From NCBI GenBank assembly GCA_964016885.1, contig OZ024750.1, positions 2,108,001 to 2,172,000 of the forward strand: a stretch of DNA of 64,000 nucleotides, in the 5' to 3' direction. Within the stretch, counting starts at the first letter, position 1, and each line of letters begins with the position of its first letter. Positions 13,239-26,379 of this stretch are shown here, piece by piece. The notes under the pieces were generated by a model, which saw only the letters and a program-made list of their open reading frames with translations, ran no database searches and was not told where the DNA came from. A program made the translations under genes and the position numbers. This DNA is from Eledone cirrhosa (lineage: Eukaryota).

Positions 13239-13508
13239 TCTCAGCACTGTGAGTTAATAAAACACTCAATAACTGCTCATTAGATTATTGAACACTACAT
13301 CTCCATGGTAAGACTATACAAGTAGGCAAATCTGATGATTGAACATTAAATGATAGGTAACAAATAACTGGCTTTCAACTGGCACCTTTATCATTTTTTC
13401 ATTTTACGTCCGCTTTTCCCTGCTTGCAAGGGTATTAAACCTCTTTAGCTTAATAACAGATCTTCCTTGAGGTGGATTTTCTTTTTTACATTCATTTTCA
13501 GCAGAGCA

Positions 13509-13700
13509 CACACTGGATGGGTTTGCTGTATAACACATCTACACACTGGGTTTGTTGTATAACACATCTACACACTGGATGGGTTTGCTGTATAACACAT
13601 CTACACACTGGGTTTGCTGTATAACACATCTACACACTGGGTTTGTTGTATAACACATCTACACACTGGATGGGTTTGTTGTATAACACATTTACACACT
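13509..13700. repeat. Minisatellite of about 29-33 bp, about 6 copies
   Basis: ACACTGG(ATGG)GTTTG(C/T)TGTATAACACATCTAC repeated. Confidence 0.85.
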
Positions 13701-13752
13701 TATTTCATTTCACCTCATTACCTCCTCTCATATATCTTCCTCTTCCAGTATA

Positions 13753-13910
13753 TGGCTCAGTGGTTAGAGCATTGGGCTTGCAATTGAAAGGTTGCGAGTT
13801 CAATTCTCTGACCGGGTGATGTGTTGTTTCCTTGAACAAGACACTTTATTTCACGTTGCTCCAGTTTACTCAGCTGTAGAAATGAGATGAGAGGACTGGG
13901 GGGTCCCTAT
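13753..13910 (+). mobile_element. Second tRNA-derived SINE family (CORE-like domain)
   Basis: TGGCTCAGTGGTTAGAGC...GAGTTCAATTC...TCCTTGAACAAGACACTTT; copies at 9400 (-), 14468, 22830 (-) and 31865. Confidence 0.75.
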
Positions 13911-14054
13911 CATTAAATCACCCAAGACACCTCCAACGAGATATACCTTGGAGGAGGCCAGCTAAACCTGCATCGGTGTGAGCTGTAACAACATAACACT
14001 TTTTCACTCAGTAGCTGTCAGCCATTTGCATTACGTCTATAAAAGCAGAGCCAT

Positions 14055-14310
14055 CTCACCTGCATGTGAACTAACGAAGGAGGAGCTTCTATGTGGTTGC
14101 CCAACCCTCTAGAAATAGCAACCAAATCTCCCTCAATTCACACCTGCATGTGAACTAACAAAGGAGCCTCTATGTGGTTGCCAAACCTTCTAGAAATAGC
14201 AACCAAATCTCCCTCAATTCACACTTACATATGAACTAATGAAGGAACCTCTATGTGGTTACCAAACCTGCTAGAAATAGCAACCACATCTCCCTCAATT
14301 CACACCTTAC
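14055..14310. repeat. About 82-bp tandem triplication of a dispersed repeat segment
   Basis: CTAGAAATAGCAACCAAATCTCCCTCAATTCACAC core occurs three times; related sequence at 42278 and 60925. Confidence 0.8.
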
Positions 14311-14867
14311 AAAAGTAAAGTCTCATTGGAGAATGTAAACATGTATATTGAAAAAAACAAACAAAACAAATGAGATGGTCATGACTGGAGCACTTTGAAA
14401 TCATAGGTTGATAAATCAGGAGGGAATTTGGAACATTTTTTACCTTCTCTTAATACATTTAAGCTATGTGGCTTAATGGTTAGAGAATTGGATTCACAAT
14501 CGTGAGGTTGTGAGTTCGAGTCCTGGGTGATGTGTTATGTCCTTGAGCAAGACACTTTATTTCATGTTGCTCCTTCTGCCAGGAATTGTGACTGGTAGAT
14601 AGTATCAACAATTGGAAAGACTAATGGAAACACTGTTTCCTTGGTCCGATATCAGTAAGTGAATGAGGGTTGGGATCTTGTTTAGATTTGAAAGAAAAAA
14701 TACTTTTAATTAACAAACTTTATTTTAAACAAAATGAATTTCAATAAATCTTTCAAAAAAGGAAATAAAAAAATACCTATGAACTTTTAAACATATTTTT
14801 AATAAATAAATGTTATTCTGAAGGCCAGATGGCAATAGGTAGTAAGATATTTAATTTCTTCAAGCTG

Positions 14868-15072
14868 TTATATGTCCAAGTTTGGCCACCAAATAGGAAT
14901 TCTAGTTTTAACTTTGTGACTGTCCAAATCAAGATGTCCATCTTGAATCTGTAAAGCTTGTTTCAGTTGCAATAAAGCTAAGCCATGTTTTCCAATATTA
15001 CTTCGAAATTTTCCAATGGCCTTCCCTGTAGAATCAACAATTGGCTTGTCTTTCATAATCTCTCCAGGGTCA
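14868..15072 (-). CDS. IBA57: IBA57 coding exon 6 (last)
   Basis: DPGEIMKDKP...GKFRSNIGKHGLALL...IPIWWP, then stop; TTTTAG acceptor; AATAAA on the minus strand near 14720. Joined CDS is 1242 nt (413 aa). Confidence 0.9.
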
Positions 15073-15362
15073 CTAAAATCAAAAATAAAAGAGTAAATAA
15101 AACATCACCATAAAGAAACAAAGACAAACAAAACGAGGGTTGGCTGAAAACTTCATAGGCTGACTGTAAAGGAGTGATGCTAGTGCTGTGAAATCTTTTT
15201 ATTAATAACTGCATTGTTTCTTTTCAGGCACTATGTTGAAAAATAAACCTCATTTGGTCATTCCATGAGAGTATCTTGGTCAGTCTCTCAACTTTCCAGC
15301 CAACTCTAGCATTTGGTACATACACATGAAATATGACTGGAACCTTTCCATCACACATTTGA

Positions 15363-15404
<42 letters not shown>

Positions 15405-16013
15405 ATGTAAAAGGTAAACAGAAATAACAACACAATCGGTACAGTATATGGAAGGGATATATTAGAATATATAGAAGGAAGAATGGATATATTAGAATAT
15501 ATGTAGAAGGAAGAATGAGAAATAAGATAGATTGAGGGGACAGGCGTGTTGGAATAGGAAAAAATGTTCTCTGTATTTCTAGAACACTTTCTTTCACTTT
15601 TACTATTTTGTTCATCAATAATTTGAAAATTACTTATAACTTAAGAATAAAATAACTCAATATATTGTGAAAATATTAGCAAACTTTCAAAAGAAGATTC
15701 AAATTCTGTGATGAACACCATGAATAATGTATAATATATTGTTTTCTACATATAATATCTGTCAGTGGTAGGTGACTCATACTAGAATCTATGTTGAAAG
15801 ATATTGCTCAAATATGTTAAATCCAGCCCAGACAATGTCTAGCCCAAACCCACCCTTACATTGTCAATATTGCACGTAATCTCAACATTAGCTTTAGGAT
15901 GAGTTTATCAAGAAATAAATTAATAATATATCTATAATGATGGATTCTCCATTAATTTCAATGATGAACATTCAGTTGTTTGATCAAGTGAATATCCAGC
16001 TTGTGATTTAATG

Positions 16014-16363
16014 TACGAAGGTTGGTTGAAACATTCATATACTGACTATTAGGGAGTGATGCGAGAGCTATGAAATCTTGCATGCATTAATTTCAACATT
16101 TCATATTAATAACTGCATTGTTTTTTCCAGGAACTATGTTGCAAAATAAACCTCATTTTGTCATTCCATGAGAGTATCTTGGTCATAGGCTGACTATGAA
16201 TGATTGATACTAGAGCTGTGAAATCTTGCATGCATTAATTTCAACTCTTCTTATTAATAACTGCATTGTTTCTTTCCAGGAACTATGTTGCAAAATAAAC
16301 CTCATTTGATCATTCCATGAGAGTATCTTGGTCAGCCAATGAACTTTTTAGCCAACCCTAGTA
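16014..16363. mobile_element. Mariner-derived MITE with internal tandem duplication
   Basis: Same TIRs as the 3173 copy; an internal segment of about 150 bp is present twice. Confidence 0.75.
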
Positions 16364-16712
16364 TAAGTAGGTTCAGCTACCTTTTCTTCCATTTATGCAA
16401 AGTGAGCAAAATTTTGTTCATTATTTTTATTTTCGTGTTCAGCTAAATTTTGTCTTTCTTCCCTTATGAGGTTCATAAGAAATAAGTACAAAACAAAGTA
16501 TTTATTGATATAACCAACTAAAACTCTTAAAAGTGGTGTCCCAGCAGGGCCACAGTCCAATGACTAAAACCAGTAAAAGAATAAAAGAATATAAATTTTT
16601 CCTGTTACAGACAAGAAACCTCATTAAAATTTGAACATTACATTATTTTTTTAGTTGATTTCTGTAGAAAACTAAAAATAATGTTAAAATCAATAAATGG
16701 CGGAATGGTTAC

Positions 16713-16812
16713 CTTTGAAAGAAAATAGGCATGAGACGTTTCCGAATGACTCCTCTGTGGTGTGTCCGGGCTGTGAGTTCTTGACCAATATAACAACCTT
16801 TTTGGAAACTGA
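16713..16812 (-). CDS. IBA57: IBA57 coding exon 5 (KGCYxGQE signature)
   Basis: Hand translation [29 protein letters not shown] carries the YgfZ/IBA57 signature; TTTAG acceptor, GTAACC donor. Confidence 0.95.
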
Positions 16813-16825
16813 CTAAAATTAGAAA

Positions 16826-17040
16826 TAGTAGTAGTAGTAGTGGCAGCAGTGGTCATGTTAGTAGTAGTAGCGGTGGTGGTGGTCGTCATGGTGGTAGTAG
16901 TAGTGGTCGTCGTCGCCGTGGTGGTGGTGGTGGTGGTGGTAGTAGTGGTAGTAGTAGTAGTAGTAGTGGTGGTGGTCATGGTGGTGGTGGTCATGGTAGT
17001 AGTAGTAGTGTGTGTATGTGGTGGTGGTAGTGTGTGTATG
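16826..17040. repeat. (GTA/GTG)n trinucleotide tract
   Basis: Direct reading; a similar tract lies at 19860-20040. Confidence 0.9.
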
Positions 17041-17122
17041 TGATAGGCTTATAAGAAAAGTGTTTATATGTTTATGTGTGTATGTCTGCCTGATAAACTT
17101 TGATAGAAATGCTACAACTTAC

Positions 17123-17248
17123 TGCCATTTAAAAATTCCAGGTTACTTTCTAAAGGAAAGCAGCTACCAGGAGGGAGATCAGATGTTCCTTCTGCAATAC
17201 CCATGTCATATCGTTTCATATGATATTCCTCCTCTGGTTGGGATACAC
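17123..17248 (-). CDS. IBA57: IBA57 coding exon 4
   Basis: Hand translation: [41 protein letters not shown]; TAG acceptor, GTAAGT donor; phase 1-1. Confidence 0.9.
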
Positions 17249-18509
17249 CTATAGACATATATACATTTATAGCAAATTATGATCATAAGTCAGATGCCTT
17301 CACTTCATCACACATATATCCAAATTTTATTTTAAATAACTACAATTAAATCTCTCTAGTGCTGATGTCACAATAAAATGTACAATACATTCTGTAAAGG
17401 ACATCCAGTTGTAGAAACTATACTAAAGTGTTGAGGGGGCTTTCATTGGTGACACAATATAATTGCTTCTACTTTTGGCACAAGGCCAGCAATTATCTCA
17501 GTACATTACTGGTACTTTATTTTATCGACCCTGTAAGGATGAAAGGCAAAGTTAACTTCGGCGGGATTTGAACTCAGACCATAAAGGGCCGTAACTCTAT
17601 GCTGTAAAGCATGGCGTCCGACCCTCTACCGATACTGCCAATCCACTGCCCTTGTAAAATAATGATGACAACTTCTTAGCTGGGCTGAGGAGGAGTCTGC
17701 ATCTCACTTACATATTTCCCTACACTAGGGAAGTTGTCATGCTTTGACACAACTGAAAAGTCTTCCTGACCCTTTTTTTTTTTTTGCTTTAATAAATCAG
17801 AAAGCAAAATTCAATCAATGCTAGCAATAACTGATAAATAACGATATAGCTGGTGAAACCATTTAACCATAAAAATACAACAAATTACATGCTACCTAAA
17901 TCAATGTTCTTTTAATCATAACATGCTGCATGTAAATAATACTTAGTGGCCATTTATTTATAAAGTGAAAGTAAAATATGCTGGAAAACCACTTTAGAAA
18001 TGAAGTGAGGAGAGAATTTATATCTACAGGTTAGTTTAGTTCAACTTCATGCAATTACTGGTACAACCAGTTGCAGAAAGTTGAATGTATTAATACATCA
18101 CACATTCCCTACTCTCTCTCTTTCAGTTGAATCACTGTTAATAATTGTTTCTACTTTAGGCACAAGGCCAGCAATTACTTCAGTACATTACTGGTACTTT
18201 ATTTTATCAACCCTGGTAAAGTTAACCGTGGCAGGATTTGAACTGAGAACGTAAAGGGCCATAACTCTATACTGAAAAGCATGGTGTCTGACACACTACC
18301 AATCTACCATCCTTTAATTATAAATCTATATGAGGCTCAGCTGAAATGTTCATAGTTTGGTTATGAAGGAGTGATGCTAGAACTATGAAATCTTGCATTA
18401 TCACAAGAAATAAATAATATATCTATAATGATAGATTCACCATTAATTTCAACGATGAACATTCAATTATTTGATCAAGTGAATGTCCAACTAGTGATTT
18501 AATGTACGT

Positions 18510-19040
18510 AAAGTGGTAATGCTGGTGCCACAACAAAAAGTACCCAGTCCATACTGTAAGGTGGTAATGCTGGTGCCACAACAAAAAGCACCCAGTCCAT
18601 ACTGTAAGGTGGTAATGCTGGTGCCACAACAAAAAGTACCGAGTCCATACTGTAAGGTGGTAATGTTGGTGCCACAACAAAAAGCACCCACTCCATACTG
18701 TAAGGTGGTAATGCTGGTGCCACAACAAAAAGTACCCAGTCCATACTGTAAGGTGGTAATGCTGGTGCCACAACAAAAAGCACCCACTCCATACTGTAAG
18801 GTGGTAATGTTGGTGCCACAACAAAAAGTACCCAGTCCATACTGTAAGGTGGTAATGCTGGTGCCACAACAAAAAGCACCCAGTCCATACTGTAAGGTGG
18901 TAATGTTGGTGCCACAACAAAAAGCACCCAGTCCATACTGTAAGGTGGTAATGCTGGTGCCACAACAAAAAGCACCCAGTCCATACTGTAAGGTGGTAAT
19001 GCTGGTGCAACAACAAAAAGTACCCAGTCTACATTGTAGG
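18510..19040. repeat. 48-bp minisatellite (about 11 copies) at the head of a SINE-like element
   Basis: GGTGGTAATGCTGGTGCCACAACAAAAAG(T/C)ACCCAGTCCATACTGTAA; related reverse units at 25770-25960. Confidence 0.93.
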
Positions 19041-20220
19041 AGGTTGTGCTGGAGTCACGATACAATGCTCCTATAATATGCTGAAATGTGGTTGGCATTA
19101 AGAAGGGCATCCAGCTATAAAAACCAAACCAAACCAAAAACAGAACATTGGAACAAGATGTAGTCATCTGATCTGTCAAGCATCAATACATGACAACCAT
19201 CTAACTCATGAAAGCATGGAAAATAGACATTAATCCCTTTAGCATTTAAACCAGCTGTATCCAGCCAGAATTCTCTCACCTCCTTCTGTTCAAACTGGCT
19301 GTACATACTTATGTTATAATAATAAATAATAATAATGAAATTATTGTGTAAAGTGCTCAGGTGCACTACAACTCATCAATATAGTACATAGAATAATACA
19401 CAAATGCCAGGGAAGTACATGTTTGTATGTGTTAGCTGTAGTGTTGGCGGATCTCGGGAAGCATGGAGGCCTTAAAGGATGCTGTGTCTCGACAGCTAAC
19501 AACTGATGCAGGTATTATGATATTGTCCTCAAAATAAATGATATCAAAATCTCATAGATTCGATATTACGTGAGATAAAGTGTTTACTTTGAAAACAATA
19601 GGAAATATAGAGTAATGTAAATGCTAAAGGGTTAAACAGTGATGATAATAATTGAAATAAGATGTAGAGCAACAATATGAAATTATGAAATCTGTGGACT
19701 ATATCTCTGATGGTAAAGTGCCTGAAGAGCACAGATTTCTCCACCTGAAGTGTCAAGGCTAACAGAACTGTTAAAACTGACTGATGACAGTAACATTACA
19801 TTATAGTGGATATGTTGTGTCCAGGTATTTATAGAATTTGTATTAGTGAAAGAAAAAAATGGTGAGGGCAGTGGTGGTGGTGGTAGTGGTGAAAGCAGTG
19901 GTGGTGGTGGTGGCAATGGTGGTAGTGAGGGCAGTGGTAGTGGTGAAAGCAGTGGCGGTGGTGGTGGTAGTGGTGGTGGTGAGGGAAGTGGTAGTGGTGA
20001 AAGCAGCGGTAGTGGTGGTGAAAACAGCGGTGGTGGTGGTAGGGAAGTAACGAACCGAGAATATATTTTTATTTCTATTTTTTCTATTGGGACTATGCTA
20101 AGGCACCAGTTCTTTTTTTTTTCAAGCCTAGCACATATTTTATCAACCTCTGTTTGCTGATCCACTAAGTTATAGAATATAAAGAAACAGTAACACAAGA
20201 AATATATGTAAAAACAAAAT

Positions 20221-20707
20221 TATTGTATATACTCAAATATAAACCAAAGAATGTGACCAAAATCTATGTTAGATGGAGGTCGGCTTATATTTAGGGTCAA
20301 TATTTTGACAATTTTCATCAACTTCAAATACTACTTAAATAAGGTTTAGATTTTTGCTCATTTCTCAGACATAAAATAGCAGGGTCAACTTATATTCGAG
20401 TACAGACATAAAATAGTGGTTTCTGCTTATATTCGAGTACAGGCATAAAATAGTGGTTTCTGCTTATATTCGAGTACAGACATAAAATAGTGGTTTCTGC
20501 TTATATTCGAGTACAGACATAAAATAGTGGTGTCAGCTTATATTCGAGTACAGACATAAAATAGTGGTGTCAGCTTATATTTGAATACAGACATAAATTA
20601 GTGTTGTCAACTTATATTCAAGTACAGACATAAAATTGTGGGGTCAGCTTATATTCGATTACAGACATAAAATAGTGGGGTTAGCTTATATTCGAGTACA
20701 TACGGTA
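20221..20707. mobile_element. Tc2/pogo-like MITE carrying a 37-bp x 9 terminal array
   Basis: TIR of type TACCGTATATACTCGAATATAAG; unit CAGACATAAAATAGTGGTTTCTGCTTATATTCGAGTA; unexpanded inverted copy at 36166-36358. Confidence 0.75.
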
Positions 20708-21685
20708 AATCTGATATATTAATATTTTAGTTCACAATTGTTCCTGACATATTTATGAATCAGAGAAAGAATTCAATAAAGAAGAGAAATGAAACATTGA
20801 TATAAGGAACAACTGTTAAAACAACGGTGCATTGTTGTAGCCTCAATGTCATAGCACCAAGATTGCTATTTTCTATTGTGCAACTAAAGTAATTGTAAAA
20901 TTGTTGCTATGACTACCATTATGAAATGACAGTTAAACAATAAAGGCTTTCTTTTAGAAAAGGAGTTGTAAAACCAAGTATTATATGGAGCCATAATCAC
21001 CACTAACAACAACAAACTGATTTAGTAAACACCTTTTGAAAATATTACATGTGAAATAATCACAATCTAAATTCAAATATATTAACACAAATACAAAGAA
21101 GGTACTGTATGATACTGGAAACTGTAATTGTAATATCCATAATTATAGATTTATTCTTCTACATCAGCTTTAGAGTGTTTTAGTAGTTTTAGTTTATATC
21201 ACCATGACATTGAGGGTAGAAAAGTTGAGAGTGTATGTTAAAAATAAAACTTCTAAGGTCACTCCTACCACAAAAATATGTGACATAAGTGAAAGGATTT
21301 GAGTTGAAAACTGAAACCAAGTAATAAATTTAACACTGCACCATAGTTCCTGCCAACTTCTAAAGAATAAAATCAATAATGAACACAGTTGCTAATGGAA
21401 AGAGAAAATGATTTTCTAACTAGAGATGTTTTTAGCAGTTTTAGTCAGTAAACAGAAATAAAGTCACATTTAATTTAAATATCATAAATAACAGTGAAAG
21501 TAATTAAATAAATAGTATTTAAGTTACTTCTTAAATAACAATACATGACTTGTACACAATGACAGATTATATAATGGTGTTACATAGATGTGGAAAAATA
21601 GTTGATCGTTTTAATATCTTAAATAAACCACCACTACCACCATCATCATCATCATCATCATATATATATATTATATAGAAATGGG

Positions 21686-21730
21686 TTCTACAGGACTAGA
21701 ACTGTTTCATTCGAAGGAAATCATCAGGAA
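21686..21730 (-). ncRNA. Minimal type I hammerhead motif in an IBA57 intron (sense)
   Basis: Minus strand: TTC-CTGATGA-T-TTC-CTTC-GAA-T-GAAA-CAG-TTCTAGTC-CTG-TA-GAA. Confidence 0.5.
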
Positions 21731-23024
21731 AGAGTACCTTACTTACTGTGGTTAGCCCTAATTGACGCCGGGATACACAGACACATATACATACATATAT
21801 ATATATATATACACACACACACATATATATATATATAGTATATTCCAAACTTTATTCATTGGGAAAGTAAGATGCTTATCTATTGCGAGAATGCAAAAAG
21901 TATTCATTATGATTTCTTTATTATATTTAATTTGTATTTTTGTTCTGACATAGGTTGGCTGGGTCTGCTACACAATATGTCTTGGTTCTGGTAATTTCAA
22001 TAGTGAAGCTCAACATTCTCAGCTTTGTCGGTTCATTTCTTTCCCAAATATCAAACCTAACACTTTAAAACAAACTTGAATTTCTTAATTATGATATTAC
22101 AACAGACATCTATAAAACAATATCTACAGACTACTTCAGTCTTAAGGTTTAATGGTTATATCATTGTCTTTCAGTGTAAGGCTGAAAGTAAGACAAAGGG
22201 TTGTGAATTATAGCAAATATATACAAGAATAGGATCGTCATTGTCTCTTCATCATCATCATCATCATCATCATTATTATTTAATTTTATCAACCCCTTTC
22301 ATCCTTATGGGGTCGATAAAATAAAGTACCAGTAATACACTGAGTAATTGCTGGCCTTGTGCCAAAAGTAGAAACAATTATTATTTAATGTCTATTTTCT
22401 GTGCTAGCATAGTTTAGATGAGCTGTCAGGTGACCATTTTATTGTGGCGTAACTACTTTACAGTGTAGACTAGGTGTTTTTTATCATAGCACCAGCACTA
22501 CAACCTTAGAGGGTAAACTGAGTGCTTCTTATGCCACCCAGCAATATCTGAGACATAAATCATGTATGGCTTGACAGCTTTGTCATTATACATTCATTTC
22601 TGGGAAAAGATCAGATGTCTTTTTTATGTTCTGGAATAGTCTATTCAATTTATAAAGTATCATCATCATCATTTTACGTCCACTTTTCCCTGCTTGCAAG
22701 GGTGGGACGGGAACTGATTCTGGCTTGATTTCTACAGCTGGATGCCCTTCCTAACACCAACCTCATTTACAGTGAGTGCTGGGTGCTTTTTTACCGTGGT
22801 ACCTCCACGACTACTTTGCAGTGGAATGATAGGGACCCCAGTCCCTATCATCTCATTTCTACAGCTGAGTAAACTGGAGCAATGTGAAATAAAGTGTCTT
22901 GCTCAAGGAAACAACACATCACCCGGTCTGAGAATTGAACTCACAACCTTTCGATTGCAAGGCCAATGCTCTAACCACTAAGCCATGTGCCTCCAGTATG
23001 TTATGAGATATTAGTTCAACTTAC

Positions 23025-23196
23025 AGGTAGAATCACAAGGTAAAACTAATCTGGTACCAAAATAGGGCAGTCTAGGATCTGGCTCACAAATTTCAACCTT
23101 TGAATTCTTTTCAGAAGATAAGAAGTTTGAAAGTGTTAAGGGAGAACTGAAAGAAGCCCATACTTGGAATTTTTCATCAGTATTTTCAATAGTAAC
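23025..23196 (-). CDS. IBA57: IBA57 coding exon 3
   Basis: VTIENT...PDPRLPYFGTRL contains the family DPR motif; AG acceptor, GTAAGT donor; 172 nt, ends phase 1. Confidence 0.9.
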
Positions 23197-23901
23197 CTTA
23201 AAAAAGAAAGATACAGAAATATATAAATGTAAATATAAATTTTCCATTAACTTGTATTTTTCACACAATATTTCAGCTGACTTATATAAAAATAAATTTG
23301 AATATTAAATACAAAAGACAATACAATATAAACAATTTCAATAATTTAATTAAAATTGTGGTAGAAATAAGACCATAAAATGACTAAAACTTGACCTCGG
23401 CAGCATTTGAACTCAGCATAGAGCTGGAATACCACAAAGCACTCTATCTGATGTTCTAATGACTCTGCGAATTTTCTTTAATTAACAATTTTTTTTATTA
23501 CATATCAAATTATCTTGACTATAAACAAGTGGAATTATTGTTTCTATTACTATAATATACTGAGGAGTTACCATTTAAACCAGCCATATCTGACCAGAAT
23601 TCCCTCACTTCTTTCTGTTCAAACCAGCTGTAACCGGCCACTCATACTGGTGTTAAGCTATTGTTCTCAAAATAAATAATATCAAAATCTCATATATTTG
23701 ATATTATGTAAGGTAAAGCCTTTACCACGAAAATTCAATAGTAAATATAGAGTAAAGTAAATGGTAAAGGGTTAAATAAGATATCAAATTCATTTTCACT
23801 GATCAAGCTACAAAGAAATGTCCTTTTTGTGACAAACTATAATTCTATTAATGCGATTTGGTGGTAGTTTAAAAAAATTAGACATAAAAGAAAGAACATA
23901 C

Positions 23902-24030
23902 CTTTTTTCTAATTTTGTACCTTTTTAACAATTTTACCAAATCCTCAACAATATTAGTATCACATTCCAAGAGGAAAGTTGAAGATTGGTTAGGGAAAGA
24001 ATAGATGAGAATGTCATATAGAACACGGCC
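23902..24030 (-). CDS. IBA57: IBA57 coding exon 2
   Basis: GRVLYDILIY...LLECD...LKRYKIRKK; TTTCAG acceptor, GTATGT donor; 129 nt. Confidence 0.93.
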
Positions 24031-24816
24031 CTGAAAATATTGAGCAAAATAATTCACATCAGTAATACTCCAATAATGCCAACTCCAATTATTCACGATC
24101 ATTATTATTATTATTTTTATAATAATAATAATTGTTTCTACTTTTGGCACAAGGCCAGTAATTACCGAGTGTATTACTGGTACTTTATTTTATCAACCCT
24201 GTAAGGATGAAAGGTAAAGTTAACCTCGGCGGGATTTGAACTCAGAATGGCAAAGGGCGTAACTCTATGCGTCAAAGCATGGCGTCCGACCCTCTACCGA
24301 TACTGCCAATATAATAATTGTTTCTACTTTTGGCACAAGGCCAGCAATTACCCAGTGCATTACTGGTACTTTATTTTATCGACTCCGTAAGGATGAAAGG
24401 CAAAGTTAACCTTGGCGGGATTTGAACTCAGAATGGCAAGGGCCGTAACTCTATGCGTCAAAGCATGGCGTCCGACCCTCTACCAATACTGCCAATCCAA
24501 TAATAATAATAATGAAATTATTGTGTACAGTGCTCAGGTGCACTACAACTCATCAAATGTGCATGTATAGTACATAGAATAATATACAAATGTCAGGGAA
24601 GTGAATAGTGTATGAGTCATGATATATATGTGTGCGTATGTATGGAGGGGGAATATTAGGTGTAGTATAATAATTTTGTTGATTATAAGGAAACAGTCAA
24701 GTATCAAACCAAAGAATGAAGAAGTAAAAAAAAAGTGATCAAATTTGTTGACATTTTACTAGCTACATACATCTTAAGAAATAAAATATATATATATAAT
24801 CCAAAAAACAACTCAC

Positions 24817-25326
24817 CTGAACATTCAAAACCATGGCATAGAGTGATCTTATATTTTCATTCTCAATCTGTTGCATGTCATTTGTAACAAGACCTTGCAG
24901 AAAATTGGAAGCATCTCTACCAGCAATGTGAATTAGGCTCCGAGATTTCAGACAAAACATTTTAACATCATTAACCTCTTCAACTGAAGAATTTACTACA
25001 TCTGATGTAAAAGAGCAAGATTGTGTTCCATGATAAATCTTATACTTATTAGCTGTTTGATTATGGAATAAACTAAAGTCCCTGAAACTGTTTTGACTTT
25101 TTGGAAAGCATTTTCTAAAGGAAGCCTTTGAAGAATTTAAGAAATGTTCTTCAGATAAATAAAAGAAGTGTCTAGAATAAAGATTAGCTAAATTTGTTTC
25201 TAAAAGTTTTTTGTGGGTTATTTGTAAAGACTTGATTATTGAGTATGGACAACAGTTGGAAGCTGATGTTATGGAAGCATTTTTCAAAAGTGACTTCATA
25301 CACAGTGAGGTGATATTCTGAAACAT
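24817..25326 (-). CDS. IBA57: IBA57/CAF17 mitochondrial Fe-S cluster assembly factor, coding exon 1
   Basis: ATG directly after an AG acceptor. Basic/Ser-rich presequence, then RSLIHIAGRDASNFLQGLVTND (GcvT/YgfZ family). GTGAGT donor, phase 0. Confidence 0.93.
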
Positions 25327-26379
25327 CTACATAGAAAAAGAAACAGACAAAATATAAAATATATCAATATAATTTCTCAATATTGTTATACTTTGGGAGG
25401 GTCATGCTGGCAATAAAAACACACGCACCGGTTGGTTTATAATTTCTCAATGTGGTTATACTTTGGGAGGGTCATGCTGTCAATAAAAACACATGCACTG
25501 GTTGGTTGGTTTGATAAAAGGACCTGAATGAAACAGCCTTTCGAAAATATAAACACGTCGTGTGAAGCTCAAATTTTCGAACTTACTAAGTTGCTGAGGA
25601 AATAGATTTATAGGATGTAGGAAGGTCAGAAACAGAAAATAACTGAAATTACAGTCAGTTGCTATAAAATAGCTTATAAAAATCAAGACCCGTAGAGGTG
25701 GAAAAATGTGGCTAACAGCTGCTACAAAATATCAAACCTCATATCTCCCAGATGCTCTAACCATTGAGCTAAGGGTGCTTTTTATCATGTCGCCAGCACA
25801 ACCACATTACAAGGTGGACTGGTGGCTTTTTGTCATGGCACCAGCACAACCACATTACAAGGTGGACTGGGTGCTTTTTGTCATGGCACCAGCACAAACA
25901 CATTACAAGGTGGACTGGGTCATGGCACCAGTATGACCCTCTTACAGGGTGAACTGGGTTGGTTTTACGATGTCCTCAGTGCTACATCACTACATTTGGG
26001 TGCCCACTGTTGGCACAGCTGGGGATGCAATGACAAGAGTAGACAATGATGAGAATATGGTGAGAGAGCAAGTGTCATGCTACATATTATTTAAGGTAAG
26101 GAGCAACCCACAGTGGGAGAGCATAGTTGAGGACATGGGTTGGACAAAGGAGGTGAATCAAAGACAGTCCACCCTAGCATTCCATATTGGTATGGATTTG
26201 ATGGAGGTGGGATTGGGAGTATACTGACATGTGGGACCTATATGTCCCATATGTCTGCTTCTTTAAGGTTAGGGAATGTGAGCAGGCAGGGTACCTTGAC
26301 CATCTTCCCCAGTCTTTTGCAATATGGTATGTTTGCAGTCATTTCAATCCTGGAACATCTCCTTTGTAAGGTTTAGCTG

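Noticed and set aside
18423-19179. Overlapping repetitive ORFs on both strands
   Set aside because: Translation of an intronic 48-bp minisatellite.
25590-25670. CTGAGGA...GAAA hammerhead-like motif
   Set aside because: Stem II does not pair convincingly and stem III has a mismatch next to the core.
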